Shown piece by piece: positions 12,158-24,555 of a stretch of DNA of 64,000 nt (the first letter of the stretch is position 1; every line of letters begins with the position of its first letter). The stretch covers positions 169,632,001 through 169,696,000 of the forward strand of contig OX597815.1 of assembly GCA_951406725.2 (NCBI GenBank), read 5' to 3'. This DNA is from Octopus vulgaris. Taxonomy: Eukaryota. The notes under the pieces were generated by a model, which saw nothing but the letters and a program-made list of their open reading frames with translations, did not search any database and was not told the DNA's origin. The position numbers and the translations under genes are program-made.

Positions 12158-12388
12158 GTGCATTGTCTCTGTGTGATGGAACTGAAAGATAACGAAAAAA
12201 AGAAAAATCGCAAAGAAAGGGAGAGCAATATTTCTCAGTAGCATAATAATAATGAATAACAATTAAATGAACTGTCTCTTGTTTAACCATTATTCCAGAA
12301 TTCTTTTCTTTTTTAAACATACAGAAAAAAAACATCTAAAAATAAAATTACAGTAACAGAAAAGTTCGTCGTGCTATCAAAAAAAATC

Positions 12389-12441
12389 ACCACCACCAGC
12401 ACCACCAGCACCACCACCTCCACCACCGCCGTCGTCATCGT

Positions 12442-12472
<31 letters not shown>

Positions 12473-12496
12473 GCCGTCGTCGTCATCATTACCATA
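12389..12496. repeat. (CAC)n/(CAT)n/(CGT)n trinucleotide tract
   Basis: Directly visible. Confidence 0.85.
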
Positions 12497-13136
12497 ATTT
12501 TTTTTTTTAGATAAAAAAAAAAAGTAATAAATTCGAGCATCATTTTTTTTTGCTTTTGTTTTTTTAAATATTTCTTTGTGATTTATTAGCGCTTATCGTT
12601 TATGCCTCGAAGAGTTTAACTCCTGACAGCCAGACGAACAATTTAAAGTGTTCTTGGCTACACAGAGCTTTATAATGCTTTATCTTTAACATTCCAGGAA
12701 TTTTTCTACTCGGAAATTCTGTCACCGAATTTGATTTCTCTATGACCTTTTGTTTCATCTGCAATGTGACAAAGCTGTTGTATTCTCTGTTTTTATCGAT
12801 CGTATATTAATTAAAGAATTTGTAGTAGCTTTTAAATACTTCTTAATACTTTAAATAGTTGTTAATACTTATCTGTAAAACCTTGATTTCTTTAAAATTC
12901 GTTCAAGGTTGATGACATTCGTAGCAGAAGTATTTTATCGATTTCTTCTATGCCCAGTATATAAGAGGTATTTAATATTTTATCGACTCCTAAGAGATAT
13001 AAAAGTAAGTCGATACCGTTGGCTTTGGAAGAAGGAAAACGTGAAATGACGGGAATGGGGTGGGTGGGGTGGTGTAGTTGGTTTAGATTCTTCGTGTGTG
13101 ATGCTAGTACTGAGACTGAGTAAAGGCGTTTAACAA

Positions 13137-13266
13137 GGAGCAGGTGTGGCTCTGTAATAAGAAGATTGTTTCTCAACCACATGGTTCCGGGTTCGCTTCC
13201 AAAGCGTGGTACCTTGGGTGCAAATGTCTTCTGTTATAGCCCCAGGCCGACCAAAGCTTTGTGAGT
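13137..13266 (+). mobile_element. SINE-A 5' half, cut by a Tc1 MITE
   Basis: caaccacatggttccgggttcg..ccttgggtgcaaatgtcttctgttatagccccaggccgaccaaagc. Confidence 0.8.
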
Positions 13267-13273
13267 ATATATA

Positions 13274-13507
13274 CAGGGTTGGCCAAAAGTCATGTGACAG
13301 TAAATCAAAACCATTTAATTCCAAGATTTATTTATGTTTAACAACTGAATGAATTTAATAAAAAGCAACTAAACATTAAACATCATGAAAATTGATCAAA
13401 CTGAAGTCCTTCTTGAGCGACACATTCTTCCACTCAAGTCAATACAGAATTACAGATAGTACTTATGGAAGTTTGATTCACTATCGGGTGACTTTTGGCC
13501 AACCCTG
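13274..13507 (-). mobile_element. Tc1/mariner-derived MITE
   Basis: Perfect 19-bp TIRs cagggttggccaaaagtca flanked by TA. Minus-strand remnant VEECVAQEGLQFDQFS* resembles a Tc1 transposase C-terminus. Confidence 0.9.
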
Positions 13508-13511
13508 TATA

Positions 13512-13544
<33 letters not shown>

Positions 13545-13547
13545 ATC

Positions 13548-13732
13548 TGAACTGTTGGCGATTGTTTTCTTCCTTCCTTCTTGAATTTATTGTTTTTCCT
13601 ATTTTCGAAGAAGAGCTATGCTCGAAACGTAAAACAACTACTCTCTTCTTTCTCTGACCGTCGTATTAATACATTGCTTGCGCTACGTCCTCACGTTTGT
13701 TCATTTTTCTCTGTCTTTTTTTTAATTGACTA
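13548..13732 (+). mobile_element. Penelope-like element terminal (pLTR) fragment with degenerate hammerhead motif
   Basis: tcgaaga-a-gagc-tat-gctc-gaaacgt at 13605-13630. Homologous to 36620-36812 and flanked by (TA)n. Confidence 0.55.
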
Positions 13733-13827
13733 TATGAGTATGTATATATATATGTGTGTGTGTATATATACAACTGCATATATATATATATATATATATA
13801 CACATGTATATATATATATATATATAA

Positions 13828-13875
<48 letters not shown>

Positions 13876-13922
13876 GTATATATATGTATATACATGTATA
13901 TATGTATATATGTATGTATATA

Positions 13923-13977
<55 letters not shown>

Positions 13978-13980
<3 letters not shown>

Positions 13981-14100
13981 ATAGTATAACGCTCGGGAAG
14001 TGAAAAAGTCTTTAACGTTTTGAGCTTACGCTCTTCCACAGAAAGAAACACAGAAAGAAACAAGGAGAGAAACTAAAGAATGTGTGTAGTGGCCAGCGCA
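13978..14100 (-). mobile_element. Penelope-like element terminal fragment with degenerate hammerhead motif
   Basis: Minus strand tcttt-ctgtgga-a-gagc-gtaa-gctc-aaaacgtt-aaaga (14046-14009), embedded in (TA)n. Confidence 0.5.
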
Positions 14101-15589
14101 CACCCATATATATATGTATGTATATATATGTTTATATATATGTATATATGTATGTGTGTTCGCATTTTTAAGCTATTTCCTTTTCAAGCATACAAATAAA
14201 GAACCAGTAGTGGGCATCAGACTGTTTTTGCGCCATTGTATAAAATCCATATATGAAACATTGTAAAACAGAATACAATGCAAGAAACTGAATCTTTTGC
14301 TTGAATTCAAAATATTTAACGAATCTGTTCGCTTACAGTTTGTAGCTTTTCTTCGGGGTATCATATTGCAGAAAAGTTCAATACCTCTCAAGCTATCTCA
14401 ACGAATTACCTTGAATCCTCAGAAATGTTCCTCTAAGCGTTCATTGAAGAGAAGCATTTTATTTAAAGCATTCATTTAAATATCTGGATGGTGGCGACCT
14501 TGAAGGCGTGTTGATCTACGCCAGAACAAACACATGTGAGTTTTAAAATCCCCATAAATTTTGAATTATCTGTATTCTTATATCAAGTATCAGGATAATG
14601 TATTTTGTCCAACAGTTATAAGACTCGCAAACAGATGTGAAGAAAGTAATAACTGTCATGAAAATTTGAGCTATTTTTTTTATCGTTTTTATTTTCATAG
14701 TAGTCTGCGTAAGTGGATAAGAAAAAAAGCTATGATAGCTAAATTAGGTCATAGCAGTGATGAAATGATAGAGGTTATATTTGTTGCTGTAAGAGTGACG
14801 GTATTGGATGCTATGATATTGTAAAGGAGTCGTTATGCTTCCAGGGCATAATCACAAAATATATGAAGAAAAAGAAGAGAGAAAAATGTTTTCGCAAGAA
14901 ATAATAAATATTTGAATTTAACGGTATTGAGCAAGTCAAATATTGTAGCAAACAACAGCCGACAGAAATGATCGTCGTAGTTATTTGAAAAGGAGCCATA
15001 TTGTCAAAGATTGTAGCCTTACAATGTGAACAAAACATGATTTATTATCGTTATGATATTTCAAAAGATTGTGCAATCGCAACGGTGACATAAAGCGTAT
15101 ACATACATACATACATACATACATACATACATACATACATACATACATACATACACGCGCACACACACACACATGTGTGTGTAGTATTCTTCGACATTTT
15201 TCTATATTATTCCGATTACAACCGACATATTTCGAATTTCATCGAAGTTTATCTCTCTTGTATTAGATTTTGATAAAGTGTCTAAATGTATTTGATAAGT
15301 TGCTAATAAATTTAGGAAATTTCGAGCTTTTAACTTCATATTTTGAGGCAAAACAATTTTTACTACTTACATCTATTGTGCGCTGCATTGGCTGAGTCGT
15401 TTGGCGATATTTATTGTTGGTGTTTATGTTTCTTTTTCAAACCACACCATGGTCAACTTTGGTTTTCACTTATCTGGATTTAACAAAAATAACAGTATCT
15501 CGCAAATACTGAAGTCCTTATAATCGACTATACGCCTTCCCAATAAATTTTAAGTGGTGTGCTTAAATAAGAGATCAATATTTAACAAT

Positions 15590-15985
15590 GTAGGTAGTGG
15601 GTAGCGATTTTCTTCACCACTTCAGGGAGTGACGACCCTGCCTGACACGAGTTCCGGGCTCAGCTGTCTCCGGCTGACAGTACCCGGTATGGGCCCCTAT
15701 CCAGGGTTACGGAAAGGAGAAAACCTTCAAAGAAACCCAGAGTGGAGCCCCGTAGACGGTTTAGTGTTCGACTCAACACTCTTCCGGCATCTCCTGCAAC
15801 CAAGCTGGTGCCATACGTAATGCTCTGCACTCCTTTGGACTACGTCAGCAAGGTCGAGAGAGGAATCCTGACGATTAGGCTACCCAGGATTTTCTTACAT
15901 CTAGCCCAGGCCTGCGCAAAACTGGAGAGGACATGAAATGTAAAATCCAGACTGGATTAGTTTATGCGCAACTCCATTGAAAAGA
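15590..15985 (+). mobile_element. GC-rich fragment resembling the 5' UTR of an RTE-clade LINE
   Basis: Sharp GC-rich island with no credible ORF. Contains an HDV-ribozyme-like pairing order at 15876-15925. Family assignment is by recollected resemblance only. Confidence 0.45.
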
Positions 15986-16073
15986 ATGGAAGGACATATC
16001 CGATAATGTAGTGTTGGATACGTTATGTGAGAGAAAAAGAAGTCCCTTGAAAACACGTGATGTTCATGATGTT

Positions 16074-16310
16074 ATTTCTTATTTCTTTATTGCCCACAAG
16101 GGGCTAAACACAGAGGGGACAAACAAGGACAGACAAACGGATTAAGTCGATTACATCGACCCCAGTGCGTAACTGGTACTTAATTTATCGACCCCGAAAG
16201 GATGAAAGGCAAAGTCGACCTCGGCAGAATTTGAACTCAGAACGTATCGGCGGACGAAATACCGGTAAGCATTTCGTCCGGCCTGCTAACGATTCTGCCA
16301 GCTCGCCGCC
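16074..16310 (-). mobile_element. SINE-B full length (tail type 1)
   Basis: Minus strand has A box tggcagaatcg, B box gagttcaaattc and Meta-domain-like gactttgcctttcatcctttcggggtcgataaa..gtaccag. 13-bp TSD tgttcatgatgtt at 16061-16073 and 16311-16323. Confidence 0.92.
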
Positions 16311-17070
16311 TGTTCATGATGTTGTTGATCATAGGTTTACTCGATCAGGATTGACCCTGGGCTAGACAACAAAATAAGACACATTCAAATGATAGTGTAT
16401 TTGAAATCTACTCTTATCAGTCGTTATCTGACATTGAATCATCGTCTCTTTTACAGACAGACATATCCCTCACTCCCACAAGCCAAAGGGAGGAACTGCT
16501 AGGTGATTGCCCGAAACGCTAGAAATAGTAAAATATGATCTCACTCAAATCCATTTCCTTAAAAATAAAAGAGGAGCAGACGGACTTAGATATATGTGAA
16601 GACTTAGATGTCCATAGAAAGGCGCGATAGTCATGGTTGGATGGATGGGTGGAATGCCTTTTACCATTTGGATCTGGTCGATCGGGGTTGAACTATGGAA
16701 TGGGACGGGCCGGGCGGTGCAGTGAGGAACGGTGCAGCCAAACAACAACAACACCAACACCAACATACGCCATCTTTTTAAACATTAGAGACAAGAATGT
16801 ATATTCTTGGCTACAATTGTCTAAGCATTTAATCAATTGCTTATGAAAAGAAGAAACAAAAAACAATAACAACAAAATCGACAACAGTAACGACGACATC
16901 AAGAACAATAACAAAGCAAATGATTAAATAGAATAAAACAAAGTTGTCGATGATTCACCAACTACCATCGTCGCCAAACATGTTGAACAGATCCTAAATT
17001 TATCTTCCATACTTTCTGGTAAATGTCGGCGATGACGCACTTACCATCAATCATAATTTGAAATATGGTC

Positions 17071-17092
17071 TTATTATTATTATAGATTATTA

Positions 17093-17168
<76 letters not shown>

Positions 17169-17190
17169 CATCATCATCATTCTTCTTCTT

Positions 17191-17270
<80 letters not shown>

Positions 17271-17279
17271 TATTATTAC

Positions 17280-17315
<36 letters not shown>

Positions 17316-17349
17316 CATCATCATCATTCTTCTTCTTCTTCTTCTTCTT

Positions 17350-17411
<62 letters not shown>

Positions 17412-17460
17412 CATCATCATCATCATTCTTCTTCTTCTTCTTCTTCTTCTTCTTCTTCTT

Positions 17461-17522
<62 letters not shown>

Positions 17523-17561
17523 CATCATCATTATTATTATTATTATTGCTGTTGTTGTTGT
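17071..17561. repeat. Compound (ATT)n(ATC)n(CTT)n array with three higher-order units
   Basis: Directly visible. Confidence 0.95.
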
Positions 17562-17659
17562 TCCGACTATGACAAATTTTAAATTTAGATTAGCTGCAGC
17601 AAAAGGAGATGTAAAAACTTTGCTAATCTCTCTTTCCCCTTCTTCCTCTCTTTCTTTGT

Positions 17660-18063
<404 letters not shown>

Positions 18064-18319
18064 TGCAGCAAAAGGCAAATGCAAACAAACAAAAAAAGAT
18101 TAAAAACATGCTAAAGTAACTTTAGTTTGACAGCGAATATTGGAGAGGAGGAGTAGGAGGAGGAGACATATTGAATACTGGCTAGTATTTCTAATATAAT
18201 TCCTTCATTGTCATTAGTGTAGCAAATTTTGCTCGGAATTCGAAAAGAGTTTTGAATTTAATGAAAGCAGACATTATGGCGGAATCTCGTTTTGTCTTCT
18301 TTTATTATTCCATTGAAAT

Positions 18320-18510
18320 TAAGGCGGCGAACTGGAAGAATCGCTTACGCGGCCGAAAAAAAAAATACATACTCAGCAGTGTTTCTGTTGGCTTCAAATT
18401 CCTCTGAATCCAGTTCTGTTTTGTATCCATTTTATGGTGGATAAAATTAAGTACCAGTTGAATACTGGGGTGGCTGTAATCGACTTACTCTCTTTTCTTA
18501 AAATTTACTG
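18320..18510 (+). mobile_element. SINE-B degenerate copy
   Basis: aaggcggcgaactggaagaatcg head and gataaaattaagtaccagttgaatactgggg..gtaatcgactta. Confidence 0.7.
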
Positions 18511-18791
18511 ACAGAATCATTTAATGTGCCGGAGAAAATGCTTTCAGTTTTTGCTGCGGAAAAGACGATAGGCAAAGTTGACCTGGTCAGGATTTTAACT
18601 CACAATGTAAATAATAAAAAAAAAAAAGGTGGAATAAATATTGCCAGGTATTTTATCCAACATTCTAACTACTCTGCCAATCCACCACGCGGGAAAATAA
18701 AAAAAAAAATTGCTTAGCGTCAATTCATCCGGCTCTTTGCTTTCTGAGTTTAATGACCGACTTTGTCTTGCATTCTTCAGGAGTCAATACC

Positions 18792-19015
18792 TTTTTCTTT
18801 ACTGCCCACAAGGGGCTAAACACAGAGGGGACAAACAAGGACACACAAATGGATTAAGTCGATTACATTGACCCCAGTGTATAACTGGTACTTATTTAAT
18901 CGACCCCGAAAGGATGAAAGGCAAAGTTCACCTCGGCGGAATTTGAACTCAGAACGTAACGGCAGACGAAATACCGTTAAGCATTTCGCCCGGCGTGCTA
19001 ACGATTCTGCCAGCC
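18792..19015 (-). mobile_element. SINE-B (tail type 1) nested in an older opposite-strand SINE-B
   Basis: Near-identical to 16074-16310. 15-bp TSD tcaggagtcaatacc at 18777-18791 and 19016-19030. Confidence 0.92.
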
Positions 19016-19126
19016 TCAGGAGTCAATACCAGTTAAGTATTGGTGGGGTCGATGTAACTGACTTTCCCCGTTCCCTCAAAATTGCTGGCTTTGTACCAAA
19101 ATTAGAAAGAGTTATTCTGCTGAAAT

Positions 19127-19330
19127 AAGACGGCGAGCTGGAAAAATCAATCGATGGCGGTGGGAGTGGGGTTAAACAAAATGCTTAGAAGCATTTCTTC
19201 CGGTTCTTTACGTTCTGAGTTCAAATTCTACCCAGGTCACCCCGAAGTACCTAATCTAGTACAGGAGGTTAGTCATATCGCCTTACCACTCATCTCGAAA
19301 TTACTGGCCTTGTGCTAAAATTTGAAACCG
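19127..19330 (+). mobile_element. SINE-B degenerate (tail type 2)
   Basis: aagacggcgagctggaaaaatc head, ttacgttctgagttcaaattc, ggccttgtgctaaaatttgaaacc tail. Confidence 0.75.
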
Positions 19331-19739
19331 TGTTTCCATTGAAATTTTGGATGCAGTATAGAAATATAAATTGACCCCAGCACTTGGAAGGCACCTAATA
19401 TAACGAGTCAACTATTCCATCAGCATATAGCGGTTGGCAGTACCTGACAATCGGCTGAAATAAAAATGGTACTTCTCTTGTACCATTGGTGACAGTTTTC
19501 AGGACTAAGACTTCAACTTCATTAGCGCATATTCAGGAGACTGTGGGTGCCAGGGACAAAATTAGCTCCTGTGTGGTCCAAATTTGATTACAGGACCTGG
19601 AGTGATTCTTTTAGCACAAGAAGTACCAACATTTCTTACTTCGTACAAGGACCATAGCGATCAGATCATAGTGAATAAAGGATTTGAAAATATAGACTTT
19701 TTGTATTTATCTATGTATCCCTCATCCCACAAAAGATAT

Positions 19740-19770
<31 letters not shown>

Positions 19771-19771
<1 letters not shown>

Positions 19772-20000
19772 TTCTTTATTGCCCACAAGGGGCTAAACAT
19801 AGAGGGGCAAACAAGGACAGACAAAGAAATTAAGTCGATTACATCGACCCCAGTGCGTAACTGGTACTTTATTTATCGACACCGAAAGGATGAACAGCAA
19901 AGTCGACCTAGGCGGAATTTGAACTCAGAACGTAATGGCAGACGAAATACCGCTAAGCATTTCACCCGGCGCGCTAACGTTTCTGCCAGCTTGCCGCCTT
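19771..20000 (-). mobile_element. SINE-B full length (tail type 1)
   Basis: Colinear with 16074-16310. Confidence 0.92.
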
Positions 20001-20511
20001 AATACACATATATATATATGAAATGATGTTCATGATTGCACATTCAATACAGTCGTAAGAATCAAAAAGTAAAAAGCAAAAGCGGTCATAAACGACCGCT
20101 TGGTACTTCTAGTGTTAAACACTAATTTTGGGGAAAAGATATTGCGTCTTATATACCTTCGAGTACAGGATCTGCAGTGCAGGGCGGGCGGTATATATTA
20201 CAGTTGTAATGAATCTCGGTTGCGTCCGCGCGCAAAAAATAAAGATATCTACGAGAGATTAGCCTTCTGTCAAGAGGAAGATTTGTGCCTCATGCATTTA
20301 ATATGGAGGAAATCAGAGATAAACTTTATCTCTACGTGTTGACTATTGAAGATCGTGAGAAGAAATAATGAATTCATTTTGAATTATTTTGCTTTTTTGT
20401 CTTTCAAACTTTAAAATGATTTCATTGTCACTATGTCTTAAATTTTGAAGGTGGAATTAAATGACTATATGGACCACAGTATTTGACTGGTACTTTATTT
20501 ACTGAACCGTA

Positions 20512-20932
20512 GGCGTAGGAGTGGCTGTGTGGTAAGTAGCTTGCTTACGAACCACATGGTTCCGGGTTCAGTCCCACTGCGTGGCACCTTGGGAAAGTGT
20601 CTTCTACTATAGCCTCGGGCCGACCAAAGACTTGTGAGTGGATTTGGTAGACGGAAACTGAAAGAAACCCGTCGTATATATGTATATATACATATGTATG
20701 TGTATGTGTATATGTTTGTGTGTCTGTGTTTGTCCCCCCAACATCGCATGACAACCAATGCTGGTGTGTTTACGTCCCCGTAACCTAGCGGTTCGGCAAA
20801 AGAGACCGATAGAATAAGTACTAGGCTTAAAAAGAATAAGTCCTGGGGTCGATTTGCTCGACTAAAAGGAGGTGATCCAGCATGGCCACAGTCAAATGAC
20901 TGAAACAAGTAAAAGAGTAAAAGAGTAAAAGA
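20512..20932 (+). mobile_element. SINE-A full length
   Basis: A box tggctgtgtgg, B box ggttcagtccc, internal TA/TG tract, tail hairpin cagtc-aaat-gactg (20889-20902), (gtaaaaga)n end. Confidence 0.92.
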
Positions 20933-21118
20933 ACCCGCAAGTGGGATTTGCGCTCACTCAGTACATTAAGAAACGTTAGTTACTTTAAGATATTCTTTAG
21001 AGATCTAATGATTCTACCAGTTCACTGCCCTCAAAGAAAATAGAATCTGTTAGAATCGTAAGCACGCCGGAAAAATGCTTAGCGTTAACGAATGGTAATA
21101 TTATCATGGGTTCCATTT

Positions 21119-21365
21119 TAAGGCAGCGAACTTGAAGAATCGTTAGCATGCTCCACAAAATACTTGGCGGTATTTCGTCCATCTTTACGCTGAGTTCAAA
21201 TCGCACGAGTTCAAATCCCGACGAGGTTTACTTCGCCTTTCATTTTTTTTTTGTGGTGGTGTTGGTGGGGTCGATGAAATAAGTACTAGTTGGGAACTGG
21301 GATCGATGTAACCGACTACCCACTTCGCAAAATTTCAGACTTTTGCCTATATCTCAAAAGATTAT
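21119..21365 (+). mobile_element. SINE-B degenerate copy, with further head fragments at about 21000-21090
   Basis: aaggcagcgaacttgaagaatcgttagcatgc.., gagttcaaatc, ggggtcgatgaaataagtactag. Confidence 0.7.
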
Positions 21366-21776
21366 TTAAATTAAAGAGAAAATAAAATAATTAAAATTAA
21401 GAAAATGGGATCGGAAGGCGATGCATAATCTGCGCAGAGATAATTTTTTCGCAAATTATAGTGTGGCTTACAATGCTTTGCTTATATCTTCTTTTTAATT
21501 GAAATGAATTAAGTTTTGTGTTTGACTAAAAGAGGATTAGAAGCCTAAGTTGATGATATTTACACGCTATTATATATATCTTTTATTTACTTTTATTTAC
21601 TTCGATGATTCACCGTTCCTAAGAAAAAGAAACCATAAAAAAACAAAGAATTATTTCACATCCTCGAACGAAGTTATTCTTCTGACGTCAGCAAAATATA
21701 TTAATATTTAATAAAAAATAATTTGAAAAATAATAAAGCTTTATGATATTGTTTTGTTTTCTTAATAAAAGTACCG

Positions 21777-21928
21777 ACGCAGGCGTGGCTGTGTGCTAAG
21801 GATCTTGCTTTCCAACTGCATGGTTCCAGGTTCATTCCCGATGTGTGGCACCTTGGGCAACTGCCTTCTACTATAGCCTCGGGCCTTGTAAGTAGATTTG
21901 GTAGACGGAAACCGAAAGAAGCCCGTCG

Positions 21929-21965
<37 letters not shown>

Positions 21966-22117
21966 TTGTCCTCCTAGCACAGCTTGACATCCGGTGCTGG
22001 TGTGTTTGCGTCTCCGCAATGTAAAGAAAGAAGTACTGGAGTTGATTCATTTGACTAAAAATTCTTCAAGGTGGTACCCCAGCATGGCCACAGCCTAATG
22101 ACTGAAACATGTAAAAG
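21777..22117 (+). mobile_element. SINE-A with internal deletions
   Basis: Colinear head, internal microsatellite and ggtaccccagcatggccacagcctaatgactgaaac tail. Confidence 0.85.
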
Positions 22118-22668
22118 TGGACGAGGAAAACCTTACGGCCTAATGCTATCTATTATAAGAAGCTCTAATTCTTATCGTGGTGAAAATAGACATATTATAC
22201 ACTTGCAGTTTTATAGCATATTAGATTTCAGACTCACTACTAGCTGAGTTGGTTGGAATACAAGCTTATTGAAGCTCAAGTAAGGATTTCTATATCTTTT
22301 CCCGCTGTGTGAAATGCCTCGAGGTGAAATTAAAAAAAAAAATCCACTTAGCTGTAAACAATTGTTAAATGCATTAGTTGCCAATTGGTTTTTATACTTA
22401 ACTGCTGGATAACATACTTAATGCCATGTGGAGAGAAAATCAATTTATTGAAATTCTTTATCGCACACTACATTCATTATGTTAGCCAGGATTTGACGAT
22501 ATGTACTTCTTAGAGAAGGTACCCCGAGGATATAGCCGTCTAGCATTTTTATTCTGACCCTTTTATTGATAAAATAAAGTACCAGTTAAATACTAGGGTC
22601 GATTTGATATTTTTATAAAGCATCATTGATGCGAATGGAATCACAATAGAAAACTAGTTAATGTTTAG

Positions 22669-22734
22669 CCCTGGGACAACCCTGGCACCACCCTGGGACA
22701 ACCCTGGCACCACCCTGGGACAACCCTGGGACTA
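22669..22734. repeat. 11-bp minisatellite x6 (alternating ccctgggacaa / ccctggcacca)
   Basis: Directly visible. Confidence 0.95.
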
Positions 22735-24310
22735 CTCTGTATCCTTCCTTTATCAAAAGAAAGGTTATTATTTTGAGGGAGACTCCGGCGATTATTTCTA
22801 TCCTATTGAGCGACTACGTAGAAGCCTCCTAATCACTTTGACTCTTTATGTTCAAACAATGAAATAAATGATATAAGACAGGAGAGAAATCTAATGTTTC
22901 GTTGGAAAGAGATGAAATTTCATATCATTCTTACTGACGAACATTTCTGCCTGAAACGTAAGAATTCTCTGTTTCCTTACAGCATAAAGCATTTATTTCT
23001 CTATTTGAAATACTTGTATTACTTATTGGGGATACAGATCATCGCTAAATTCGTTGGATTCCTATGTTTTACTAGTGATATGAAAGTAGCGAATTAGCAG
23101 AGCGAATTAGAACGTTGGAAATAATTCTTGACAGTATTTGTTCTAATTCTCTGCAATTATGGGTTCAAATCCCGCCGGTGTCAACTTTGTCTTTATTTTC
23201 CTTTCCCTTCTGTGGTCGTTAAAGTGCAAATCATGTACTGGGGTTGATAATTTTTCTATATCTTTCATTTTGTAGTCTGTCTGTCTATCTGTCTCTATCT
23301 GTTTGTCTGTCTGTCTCTCAGAATCGTCAGCTTTGCGTTGTGAGAAGTGCGTGAGAAATCCAATCACAATATCCTTTTCTCTAGAAACCTCTTCTCAAAG
23401 AGTGGTAAAAATGCTACTGGAACTGTTCTATGATAGACCAATGTGTGCAATACAAGACAGAACGGAAATGAAGAACATGAAAACGAGGAAGAAGAGGTGG
23501 AGGAGAATAAGAAGACGGTGATGATGATGAATGTGATGTTGATTATATACTGTCTGTCCTTCAAGATTATATGTTTCGTTAGAAAGTGTGCGAGAGGAGA
23601 GAAAGAGAAGGAAATAGATAGATGAGGAGAGAGAGAGGGAGAGAAAGAGAAGATAGATAGATGAGAAGAGAGAGAGAGAGAGAGAGAAAGAGGAGGAGAG
23701 AGAGAGATATTAATAGCTGTATAGTCTGGGGTTTAGACACATTGAATACAAATATAAATAGAACTTTTTTTCTAAACATTAATTAAATATTTACAGAAGG
23801 CGAACTTGATTAAGCTAAACAGTTTAAATCTTGATGGTTCTCTGCATCAGTTAGCTTAACAGGTGCCGGAATATTGAAACACTTGTAAATTCTCATTAAA
23901 ATACCGGTATGTCGAACCAGCGAGGATATCATTTCACGGTCGTTTGACAAGTTAGAAATAACAGTTAAAAATTCCCCCTCAAGTTTTACATTATAATCTT
24001 AAAAAGAAAAAGAAAAGGAAGGAAGAAAAATGGGAATTGACCGTATTTAGTGAGTGGGTGGAGAACCCAGAAGAAATAGTCAGTTGCGTGGGTAAGGAAC
24101 TTGCTTTGCAACCATGTGGTTTCGAGTTCAGTTCTACTGTACAGCAACTTGGGTAAATGTATTTTACTATAGCCTCGGGGCGACCAATTCTTTTTGGTAT
24201 GCGGAAACTATATAGAAACATGTCGTATATATATATAATTATACATATATATGTAAATACATATATATACGTACATACATGCATATATTTATATACATAC
24301 ATATACTTTT

Positions 24311-24379
<69 letters not shown>

Positions 24380-24427
24380 TACGCACATATATGTACATAC
24401 TTATATATATATATATACATATATATA

Positions 24428-24553
24428 TGGGTACATGACGTCATAGAACGTAAACAACATGAAATACGAAAACATGGAATACGAAATTTTTGCGAACAAC
24501 GAAAGAAACAAACGGAAAACAAGACAAGTAACATAAAGAACGACCCTTCATCA
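24428..24553 (-). repeat. Short interspersed repeat fragment abutting (TA)n, possibly a Penelope-like tail
   Basis: T-rich minus-strand tail starting tgatgaaggg and ending in a microsatellite, same context as the other pLTR fragments. Confidence 0.35.
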
Positions 24554-24555
24554 TA

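Noticed and set aside
19490-19600. Minus-strand WHPQSPE as a Tc1 WPxxSPD or integrase motif
   Set aside because: Single short motif next to a stop, with no supporting flanks or TIRs.
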